Shown one piece after another: positions 33,701 through 45,600 of a DNA stretch of 64,000 nt; within the stretch, counting starts at the first letter, position 1, and every line of letters begins with the position of its first letter. The notes beneath the pieces were generated by a model that did not search any database, was not told the DNA's origin, and worked only from the letters and a program-made list of their open reading frames with translations. The DNA comes from Macrostomum lignano (taxonomy: Eukaryota), in NCBI GenBank assembly GCA_002269645.1, contig NIVC01001390.1:62001-126000 (forward strand), read 5' to 3'. Both the position numbers and the translations under genes were made by a program.

Positions 33701-36700
33701 CGCTCTCTCCTCCACTCTCTCCTCGCTCTCCTCCTCGCTCTCCTCCACTCTCTCCTCGCTCTCCTCCGCTCTCTCCTCCGCTCTCTCCTCCACTCTCTCC
33801 TCCTCGCTCTCCTCCGCTCTCTCCGCTCTCTTCTCCACTCTCTCCTCGCTCTCCTCCTCGCTCTCCTCCGCTCTCTTCTCCACTCTCTCCTCGCTCTCCT
33901 CCTCGCTCTCCTCCTCGCTCTCCTCCTCGCTCTCCTCCGCTCTCTTCTCCACTCTCTCCTCGCTCTCCTCCTCGCTCTCCTCCTCGCTCTCCTCCTCGCT
34001 CTCCTCCGCTCTCTTCTCCACTCTCTCCTCGCTCTCCTCCTCGCTCTCCTCCGCTCTCTTCTCCACTCTCTCCTCGCTCTCCTCCTCGCTCTCCTCCGCT
34101 CTCTCCTCGCTCTCCTCCGCTCTCTCCTCCGCTCTCTCCTCCACTCTCTCCTCCTTGCTCTCCTCCGCTCTCTCCGATCTCTCCTCCGCTCTGTCGGCAG
34201 TCTCCTCTCCTCTCCATCCCTCCGCTCTCCCCTCTCCCTATTCTCGTCTCCAGCCTTGAAAAATTATAGTCTTTAAAAAAATCCTGCTTGCCCATCCTTT
34301 CTCTCAAAGCCACGCGCGCAATCGAGCGCAAGGCGGAGACGAGCTCCGAGCCAGCCTCTGCTGTAATAAGATTCCACTCGATGTACTTTTACAGCCGGCA
34401 CTGAACATCTGGCCGCCCCCCCGCACCGCCGCCGCAGTCTCGGATTAATGCGGGAGGCAGAGTGAAAAAGGGGGATATGAACAGACTGGGATGGGAAATC
34501 TCTCTGTGTGCTGGCCTGGCTTCCGCAAGCAGCAACTTTCGGCCAGCACTTCTGGTTTTTAAGCCAGGCAAAGGGGAGCAAATCCCGCTATGCACTGATG
34601 CTATGGATGACTTGTTTTTATCCTAGTATAGGGTGTGGTCCCTGTGCATTGCTCTTTCCTGCAAGACAAATATTTGCTTATCTGCCAAATTCTTGATAAT
34701 TCTTCCTCTGGTGTTGCCAGTTGTCATGTCTCAAATATTTGCTTGCGTCTTCGCGTACTAGGGCGCGTGACACAGACCGTGACCCATTCACTGAGCCATA
34801 ATCTGACCCATCCTCTGACCCATCCTCTGACCCATCCTCTGACCCATCCTCTGACCCATCCTCTGACCCATCCTCTGACCCATCCTCTGACCCATCCTCT
34901 GACCCATCCTCTGACCCATCCTCTGACCCATCCTCTGACCCATCCTCTGACTCATCTTTGACTCATTCTTTGACCCATTCCCTGACCCATCCTCTGACCC
35001 ATCCTCTGACCTATTCCCTGACCCATCCTCTGACCCATCCTCTAACTCATCTTTGACTCATTCTTTGACCCATTCCCTGACCCATCCTCTGACCCATCCT
35101 CTGACCCATCCTCTGACCCATCCTCTGACCCATCCTCTGACCCATCCTCTGACCCATCCTCTGACCCATACTCTGACCCATCCTCTGACCCATCCTCTGA
35201 CCCATCCTCTGACTCATCTTTGACTCATTCTTTGACCCATTCCCTGACCCATCCTCTGACCCATCCTCTGACCCATTCCCTGACCCATCCTCTGACCCAT
35301 CCTCTGACTCATCTTTGACTCATTCTTTGACCCATCCGGATTTGATGCATTCTATTATCGATGAGATGATCCACCCAATAGCGCAAAATTTGATTCTATT
35401 GTTCCCAATGCTAAGCAAACAAATTCACAAAATCTCTCTCCCTCTCTCTCATTCTCACAGGAGCATCCAGAGCAGTCAGCTCAAACGAGTCCATCCGCTC
35501 CTGTCGGCCCTCACCAGCTGTCTCCGTGGCTTCCTACAGAATCTGCATCGACTTCTGTCTATGCAGCAGCCAGTGTCATTGCCAATATTGAAATCTCCGG
35601 CTGAGGTGGCGAGCTTCAGAGAGGTAAGTGTTTGTACCCTCTTATTTATGCATAAGTAGTATGTATCCTAGCCTGACGATTGGAAAGCCAGGGCTGCTGT
35701 ACACCCTCTATGAGCGTGTCTATGAGTGCCGTGCCTGCGTACAGTATTGGCGCGCTTGCATGTGTTCAGGAGTCTCAGGACCCTGCCCATTCCACCGACT
35801 CCCCTGAGCAGGCACACAAGCGCGCGGATACGTACGCAGTCATACGCACAGGCACACACTCACTTGTTAAGCATGTACACTTCACTGTGCCTTGGGAGCA
35901 CGAGCAGAGTCAAGCCGAGATTCCGATTTAGCGTCAAATTAATGTGACTGCACTTGGATTCGAACCCGGGCCGCTGGAACATCAAAGCTCTTCTCAAGCC
36001 ACCCTTTCCATTGGATCTTCTATGTTTCTTTTAAATCAACACTAAGAAAATTACGCAGGCCGCCCGATCTCCCTCGCCTTAAAGTACAATAGAATGCTAG
36101 CCCTCCAGCAAGTGTCGGCTTTCTAAAGAAGAAAAAGACACAGAGAGAAGACTGGCATCAAAGGCTTCCCAAAGCTTCGCCTCTCCTTCTAGTTGCAAAG
36201 TCCCAAAGGAGCTTTACAGACACACACGCACCGGAGGCTTATATACATTTATTTTTATACTGTAGTGTTATATTGAGCAAGTAGACAGAGACAGCTGCGA
36301 CTTTGTTGTCGTGGTTGCCGGGATGGGAAGAGAGAGAGGGAAGCGGGCTGCAGCATGTCGTTGGATTTAGCGTCTCTTAATGCCTCTAAGGGTTCGTCTT
36401 CACGGTCTATCTATCCAGCTGTGTCTCTTAATCCTTGCCCCGGGAAAGGGGGCTATAGAGTAGGCACTTGAGTATATAAAATGCAGCACCGCATGCGGTA
36501 GCCACGCCTCTCTACTCCCTCTCCCCTCTATCCCCCTCTTTTCTAATTTTAACCAATCTCTCGCCTCAGGCCTCCGACACCAAAGCTCCGCCATAGTGCT
36601 TCGCCCTTGTATAGCTGGTCTTTTCCCGTTAGCAATATCAAGGAGACCTTGAAGCAGAATTTGGAGCAGCAACATGGCAATGGATTATCATAAGTGAAAA

Positions 36701-37299
36701 AGTCAAGCTCCAGCTTTGGTGGGAGTCTTAGCGATCGCTGGTGTGTTTCCCGGACTCACTTTTAAGTTCCAACCTACGTGTTCTTTTATGAACATTTATT
36801 TATGGCTAAATTTTAAATTCAAGTTCGGTGAAGAGCTAGTGGCCATTGACGCTTTGCATTGTGTGTAGCTTTGTGAGCATCTAGGTACAGTGTGTCTATG
36901 CTCACTTGGCATTAGCTAATAATCATACCCAAGGAAGGAATTGGTTTATTTCACAAAGCAATGGAGAAAGAGAGGTGGAGAGAGAGGTGGAGAGAGATAA
37001 AGAGAGAGATGGAGAGATAGATGGAGAGAGAGGTGGAGAGAGATGAAGAGAGAGATGGAGAGAGAGATGGAAAAAGTAGATGAAGAGAGAGATGGAGAGA
37101 GAGATGGAAAAAGTAGATGAAGAGAGAGATGGAGAGAGATGGAGAGAGAGATGGAGAGAGAGTTGGAGAGAGATGAAGAGAGAGATGGAGAGAGAGATGG
37201 AAAAAGTAGATGAAGAGAGAGATGGAGAGAGAGATGGAAAAAGTAGATGAAGAGAGAGATGGAGAGAGATGGAGAGAGAGATGGAGAGAGGTGGAGAGA

Positions 37300-37354
<55 letters not shown>

Positions 37355-37388
37355 AGAGAGAGATGGAGAGAGAGATGGAGGAAGAGGT

Positions 37389-37425
<37 letters not shown>

Positions 37426-40400
37426 GAGAGAGAGAGAGATGAAGAGAGAGAGATGGAGGGAGATGGAGCGAGAGATAGAGAGAGAGTTGGGGGGAGAGGT
37501 GGAGAGAGAGATGGAGAGAGAGATGGAGGGAGAGGTAGAGAGAGAGAGAGAGAGAGAGATGAAGAGAGAGAGATGGAGGGAGATGGAGCGAGAGATAGAG
37601 AGAGAGTTGGGGGGAGAGGTGGAGAGAGAGGTGGAGAGAGAGGTGGAGAGAGATGAAGAGAGAGAGATGGAGGGAGATGGAGCGAGAGATAGAGAGAGAG
37701 TTGGGGGAGAGAGGGAGAGAGAGGTGGAGAGAGATGTAGAGAGAGATGGAGGGAGAGATGTAGAGTGAGACGGAGAGAGATGCTTTCATTATAAAACAAC
37801 CTAACGACCATAAGTTCAATCTTATCTCATTAAAGTCCGCACCAAAGAAAGACTCTTTACAAAAGATTCGTCTTTACAAAACACATCACTTCTGAGTCAA
37901 AGTTAGTTTTATGAAAAAACCCATCAGCGAATCCTGTTGTCAACCCATGCCAGATCAAGGCTATAATCTGGTGTGCTAAAATCTTTTATCAAATTTCACA
38001 TTTTTCTTGTGGTGATGATCCATTGTCATTCAAAGTGCAACGGCACTAACTTTAGACCAATGTAATTATGAATCAGTTTCCAAAGAAACAGAAGCCAAAC
38101 CCTGGTTCAATGTGGGATCTCCATGGTCCAGCTGAAGGGGAAGTGAAGGGAGCTGCTCCCGAGCCCCGGAGCAGTGCAGAGGCATAGGAGGGAATTACAA
38201 GGGCGAGACCGGAGAGGCGATCGGGTCCCGTTGCTTGTCCATGTCAATCAGTGTTTCATTGAGTGAGCAATTTCTGTCTATATGCCTAGAGCTTTACCAT
38301 ACCTACCATGACTGCCCAGTGCATCATAACAAATTCTATACTTATGCTAGTTTATTATTATTATTCAAAACCTCGTAGGAATTGTTCAACTGGTTCTTCT
38401 CTGAATTTCAGATTGAGCAAACTTTGCTAACCCTGTGTTCAAACCTGGACGCTGCAAATTCTGAGTAAGTTGGAAATATTTTGTCCTGATTAATTATTTG
38501 CGAACTGATGCTTAAGTTGTTTGACCCTCTGCTTAATGCTGATCCGCAAATATCGATTCACGAAACTGTGAAATGCTTTTTGTCCCAACACTCAGGCTGT
38601 TAGATGTTTACCTGTATGCCATGAGTTTGCCAGCTGTGGACGCCAGGTAAAAAGGACACACAAAAAAGTGAAGTTTTTTTGCCATTTTTAAACTCGTTTT
38701 TCTGTTCTAAAATAGAACATTTTTATGCCCAAAAATAGGCGAAGGAAATGCACAATAAATGTATGGTGAGGATGGGATGGAGAGAGGTGGAGAGTGAGGT
38801 GGAGAGTGAGGTGGAGAGTGAGGTGGAGAGTGAGGTGGAGAGTGAGGTGGAGAGTGAGGTGGAGAGTGAGGTGGAGAGTGAGGTGGAGAGTGAGGTGGAG
38901 AGTGAGGTGGAGAGTGAGGTGGAGAGTGAGGTGGAGAGTGAGGTGGAGAGTGAGGTGGAGAGTGAGGTGGAGAGTGAGGTGGAGAGTGAGGTGGAGAGTG
39001 AGGTGGAGAGTGAGGTGGAGAGTGAGGTGGAGAGTGAGGTGGAGAGTGAGGTGGAGAGTGAGGTGGAGAGTGAGGTGGAGAGTGAGGTGGAGAGTGAGGT
39101 GGAGAGTGAGGTGGAGAGTGAGGTGGAGAGTGAGGTGGAGAGTGACATGGAGAGTGACATGGAGAGTGACATGGAGAGTGACATGGAGAGTGACATGGAG
39201 AGTGACATGGAGAGTGACATGGAGAGTGACATGGATAGTGACATGGAGAGTGACATGGAGAGTGACATGAAGAGTGACATGAAGAGTGACATGGAGAGTG
39301 ACATGGAGAGTGAAATGAAGAGTGACATGTAGAGTGACATGGAGAGTGACATGGAGATTGACATTGAGAGTGACATGGAGAGTGAAATGAAGAGTGACAT
39401 GGAGAGTGACATGGAGAGTGACATGAAGAGTGACATGAAGAGTGACATGGAGAGTGAGATGGAGAGTGACATGGAGAGTGACATGACATCAATACAAACG
39501 CAGACAGAGCAGCTCCCAGGACGGGCCTGACTCGAACTCGAGAGCAGGGTCATGGCAGAGCGCATATTTGCCCCACGGGAACGCCTCAACATGGCACGCA
39601 GAGCAGCACAAAAGCTTCATATTGAATTTCTGCAGATAAAAGAATGTTGAAGAAATTTTTCTGAAAGAAATTTCCCAAAGGAATCGCTTATTATTCGGGC
39701 TTGGATTCCAAGAAAATATCTATGAAAAACGAATTCTTGAAGAGCCAATGGCAGCCAACATTTCCTTGCAGAGCTGTGGCCATTTTGAAGATTATTTTGT
39801 CGAAAAAACATCCGTTCTTGGTTCACATTTCCAGGGCTTAATCTGAGGTTCTTAGCCGGGGTGAGGTTGTCTACTCGAAAGAATCTTGAAAATTTTTTTG
39901 GGAAAGATTTTATGACGCCTGTCATAAAGGTTTACCCCAGATTTTGGTGCTAGCTTCTTCCAGCAATCCCTCGTGTTTGGCAATAGTACATTGGAATATT
40001 TAAGTTTATAGCAGACTTTAGAGACTTTTAGAAAAGATTTTAAAAGTTAAAACGGCATTAAAGGCACATTTTACAGGGTCTACAGACCTCACAGCAAAAT
40101 TTACAGATGTTACGACTGACGGATGTTACAAAAATTTACAGCCAACTTGACAGACTTTACAGCTGACTTTACAGACCTTACAGCAAACTTTTTAGACTGT
40201 ATAGACTTTAAAGCCGACTTCCCAGACTTTACAGCCGACTTTACAGACTGTATAGACTTTACAGCTGACTTTACAGACTTTACAGCCGACTTTACAGACT
40301 TTACAGCTGACTTTACAGACTTTGCAGCTGACTTTACGCACTGTATAGACTTTACAGCCGACTTTACAGACTTTACAGCTGACTTTACAGACTTTGCAGC

Positions 40401-42637
40401 TGACTTTACGCACTGTATAGACTTTACAGCCGACTTTACAGACTTTACAGCTGACTTTACAGACTTTCCAACACACTTTACAGAATTCCACAGATTAGTG
40501 AAGCAGACTTCATATAAACAGACATTACTGAAAACTCATTCAGTGTTTGCAACATTTTTGAAATTATTTCAAAACTTTTTACTTTCCGACAGGGTGAAGA
40601 GAGACTATAGAAGTTGAGGCGCGGGTAAATTAAACTTTAACATGCTTTCCCATTCACCCTGTTAGTAACACATGTGTGGGATATTTCTGTCCGGTTTCCA
40701 GTTCAAACAAACTGCCGTCCTAAAAATTGTTTGAATATTTGCGATTTCTCGAACGCGGTGCCTTTTTTGTTGCAACCGGAAGGGAAAGGAATCTCCAGAG
40801 AGAGACGCAGCTCCTGATTAAAACAAATTCTTAGCTAGAAAGCGGATTTCTATGAGGGAATCAAATTTTTAATTTGAGTTGGATTTCTTCTGTTTCTCTC
40901 TCCCGACGGTTCGTGCCTCTGGGGATAAGCGTAGAGGCAACCACATTTTCCCTAATTCCCCCACCCCCCTAAGCTGTCAGTTGCGCGTACTGAAAGGATT
41001 TGTTTTTGTTAATCTGGGGGAAATGTTTTTTTAATTATGCATTTTCAGTTGCGTGTTTTAATTCCCAAAAACGTCTGAATCACACGCGAATTGGCCAAAG
41101 CAATTCGGTCAAGTTTTTAGAGCTTGGGGATTCTAATGAAATTTGATTTGAATTTTTTAACTTTGATCTTTTAAGCAAGTTTTTGTTTATGTTTTTGATT
41201 ATGAAGTGAATGTGGAATTGTTAGGAATAATGAAGGGAGATGCAGGGAGATGCAGGGAGATGTATGGAGATGCAGGGAGATTCAAGGAGATGCAGGGAGA
41301 TGCAGGGAGATGCAGGGAGATGCAGGGAGATGCAGGGAGATGTATGGAGATGCAGAGAGATTTAGGGAGATGTAGGGAGATGTAGGGATATATAGGGAGA
41401 TTTAGGGATATGCAGGGAATTGAATCGAGATGCAGGAAGATGAATCGAGATGCAGGGAGATGAATCGAGATGCAGGGAGTTGAATCGAGATGCAGGGAGT
41501 TGAATCGAGATGCAGGGAGTTGAATCGAGATGCAGGGAGTTGAATCGAGATGCAGGGAGATGAATCGAGATGCATAGAGTTGAATCGAGATGCAGGGAGT
41601 TGAATCGAGATGCGGGGAGTTGAATCGAGATGCGGGGAGTTGAATCGAGATGCAGGGAGTTGAATCGAGATGCAGGGAGATGAATCGAGATGCAGGGAGT
41701 TGAATCGAGATGCGGGGAGTTGAATCGAGATGCAGGGAGTTGCACACGCCATACATGTGCCAACTGAAACAACTTTAAGCCAAGCAGCGCCATCAATAGC
41801 TAATTGCTTTCGAACTCGAACTCCCAGTCTCCAAACCCCTCACCCCAGATTCCTGGTGATGAACGGTCACCTGCCACCCGTGGATGCTGTGCTGCGTCTC
41901 CTAGCTGAGGCAGCCGAGGCCTTCGCAGCAGTGCTGGACGCCGCGGAGCTGCAACTGCTGGAGCGAGTTGTCAACGCTGTGCGGTGCAAAACTTCCGGGG
42001 CAAATTTCACTGCGGCACTGAGAGACTTGCTGAGGCTGGCGATGAAGAGCGAACGGCTCAGCTGCCTTGTTGCTAAGGTGAGAGGAGGAGGGTGCATCGG
42101 TGGTAGATACTGTAAATATTGATCTAATTGGTGCACAAAGATATAATAAAATCAGATATAAATCTAGAAAAGAACTAATAGATAAATGCAGGACTATAGA
42201 TCTGAAAAGGGTCTGATAAATATCTGATAGAGACTCGATAGAGATCCGATGGGGATCGGATGGATATCTGATAGAGATCTGATAGAGGTCTGATAGAGAT
42301 TTGATAGAGGTCTGATAGAGATCTGATAGAGGTCTGATAGAGATCCTATAGAGGTCTGATAGAGGTCTGATAGACATACATTACTCTTCCTTAGTTAAAT
42401 TTAGACTGAGTCCTACTAGCCATGACAAGTTAAATTAAAATAATATTTATTTCAAAATTTCGTCTAGTTATTAGCCGATTGTCGTTAATCCGACTTGATT
42501 AAATCCGGATTTACACTTTAAAAAGACGAAGAAATTAAAAAATTATTTTTCAAACGATTTTCTAAGATTCAAGGGCGGCTATTTATTGCTTCTAAATCCA
42601 GCAGATAAAATTGATTGCCGAGTAAAATACGGGAAAT

Positions 42638-42674
<37 letters not shown>

Positions 42675-45600
42675 GAGAACTGCAGGCACTGCCACTCAAT
42701 CTTTTCTAAAGCCCTCTTCAAAGCTTCAAGAAGCCAAACGTTCTCATGCTATAGTGAAGAGCCTCGAGAGAGGTTTATACTTTATATTCTCTTGACAAGC
42801 TCGACTCTGGAAGCATTCAATCCTGTAAGTAGTTAGTGCAGTTCATTCAAGTTAATTCAAGCCTATACATGTACATGCATACAGACCGCTGCAGAGGCTT
42901 GTGGGGAGGGGCGAAGCCAAGAATTCTACATGTACATGACTAAACTCCTGCATGTACATTATTTTGGAAATCGGTGTTGCTAGCGCTCATTTTGGCGCCG
43001 CAGGCACTCATTTTGGCGCTGCAGGCACTCATTTTAGCGCCGAGGGCACTCATTTTAGCGCCACAGGCATTCATTTTGGCGCCACAGGCATTCATTTTGG
43101 CGCCGCAGGCTCTCATTTTGGCGCCGCAGGCATTCATTTTGGCGCCGCCGGCTCTCATTTTAGCGCCGCAGGCACTCATTTTAGCGCCGAAGGCATTCAT
43201 TTTGGCGCCGCAGGCACTCATTTTAGCGCCGCAGGTACTCATTTTGGCATCGCAGGTACTCATTTTGGCGCCGCAGGTACTCATTTTGGCGCCGCAGGCA
43301 CTCATTTTAGCGCCGCAGGCATTCATTTTTGCACCGCAGGCTCTCCTTTTGGCGCCGCAGGCATTCATTTTGGCGCCGCAGGCATTCATTTTGGCGCCGC
43401 AGGCATTCATTTTGGCGCCGCAGGCATTCATTTTGGCGCCGCAGGCATTCATTTTGGCGCCGCAGGCACTCATTTTGGCACCGCAGGCATTCATTTTGGC
43501 GCCGCAGGCACTCATTTTGGCGCCGCAGGCTCTCATTTTGGCGCCCTGAAGCAAAACTACTGATTTCAACGGGTCACATGGTGGGGTGGGGGGAAAAGCA
43601 TTGGCATGTCCCTTCATAGCTTTTTCTAGGGGGGACATGTCCCCCTGCCCCTGGTTAATCCTGTAACATTAGGCAGCACTTTCCTATAGGATATATACTT
43701 GAGCACCTATAAAGGCTAATTATCGTGCTGACTGAGACTGTTTCACATACACCACACTGTACTCTCACACGCATATAGTTTTCTACGTGACAGCTACCTC
43801 GGTTAATAGGTGACTGAACTGACTGGGAGCTCGGGTCAGAGCTGAGGACAGCGGGCCAGAGGGTACGGAGGGAGATGCACACGCCAGGCTATTATCGGAA
43901 ATCACTGCCCCCAGGTTTTTAATAGCCGTCAGCAAGGAACTTGGGCGGTTGGAGAGGAGAGGAGAGCCAGGAGAGAGAGAGAGAGAGAAACCTCATTTCC
44001 TCTTCTGTCGTCATCGAAGGGTGGGCGATCCTGGGGAAGCATCTTGTCTGGCGTCTCTCGCCTTACTATTGGCATTGAGACTTTTGCGATTCGAAAATCT
44101 TCCCGGAGAGGATCTCAGCTCGATCTGATGTGCAGACTGCACACAATAAACTAGATATTTTTCTCGCACTAGCACCCAGATCCCCAAACCAAGAAGTACA
44201 CTTTGTACATTTATATTATCAGCCCCTATACGCACTGTATGGTTTGAGGAACTTTATTTTGTGTGGCATACCTACACAATCTTGAGATAAATCTATCTAT
44301 TATTCGCAAATTACGAGCATATCGACCACTCCTTGAGAATTGTTCTATTGCATGGGGATGGACCTGAAGGTGTTCGACCTGAAGGCTGCCAGGATCATTG
44401 CATGGTGACTTCTTCAAGGTTCCATCCAACCTTAGGACTCGCAGAACTATTGGTGGACTTGCTGACTGTTGTCGTCCATAGATATCTTCGTGGTCAGGGC
44501 TTCAGCGTCGAACTTCAGAAGCTCCTCCCCTCCTTTTGCTCCACAGTTCCAGTTCCACAGCACCATTAGTGTTATGGGTCCTTGACCAATAATAATAATA
44601 TTAATACTAATCTGGCACAAAATCTGGCGTTTAGTCTTACACAAAAAGTTCAGAAAGTCCGGGTTCCTGGGAAATAAATCCTCAAAAAGTAAACAAATCC
44701 ATGTTGGCATTTCTGTATTCTAAAACAATCTCCAACTTCAGGCCGAGGCCGTAGAAACTGTGCTCCAAGTGTGCTCAGACCGAACTCAGCGCAAGTTCTG
44801 GCCGCTGGCTCTGCGAGTCCTGTCCTGCGTCTGCTGCGTTGAAGAGTCCATCAGGCGATTCGATCAGGTTTGAGTAGATTTCAATTTGATAGATTGGAGC
44901 TGCATGGGATCATCGTTTCCGGCTTGCCTAATCAGATTATTTGTTTGTCGTTTGTGAAGTCTCCAAGGATAGGCCCTCAAATTAGCATATTTTTAATTTG
45001 TTAAAACTGATGGCAGGCCTCTTCGATCAGGAATTTCTGATAGAAAATTAGCGAAATTAGACATACTAAGTCTTCTTGGTTTTAGGATTAACTTTTGTCG
45101 AAATCGAAGAGGCCATTCTGTTTCAAATTTGATTAGAATATTTTTGTTATAGTTCAGTTCTTACCGTTAGACCTCCATTTTAGCTTGTGTGACTAAATTT
45201 CGTTGTATCTAGACCTTTATCTTCATTTCTAAATCTGTTATCTTTATACGGAGACTAGCAATATTTATTTATATCTAGACCTGTTATCTTTATATCTAGA
45301 CTAGCTATCTTCATATATTGACCTTTATTCTTCATATCTAAACCTGTTATCTTCATATCTAGACCTGTTATCTTCATATCTATAGACTACCTGTCTTCAC
45401 GTCTTTGCAAGTCGTCCTCAAACGTTCCCCACAATTTCCAGTCGAACGGCCTCGCCACAGTCAGCGGGATTCTGGGCGAACTGGGGAACTCAGAGCTGGT
45501 CAGGGCAGAGGCAGCAGGTGTAGTAGCCCAGCTCACAAGCCCCTACATACTTGGCAAGGGCAAGGATCTGCTGGGCTGTTTGACAAGTCACGCCGAATCC

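Noticed and set aside
34310-34510. Candidate insc exon 2 (RLGWEIS resembling INSC RGWVIS); also 31030-31141
   Set aside because: No acceptor of the required phase and in-frame stops nearby; left unresolved.
28139-43638. Long repetitive ORFs (ESEV, THEL, SPRSPP, HSP, ACGAKM and similar)
   Set aside because: All are translations of intronic minisatellites, open in several frames at once.
44030-44560. Possible decayed LINE RT fragment on the minus strand
   Set aside because: Only a vague resemblance, many stops, and no catalytic motif.
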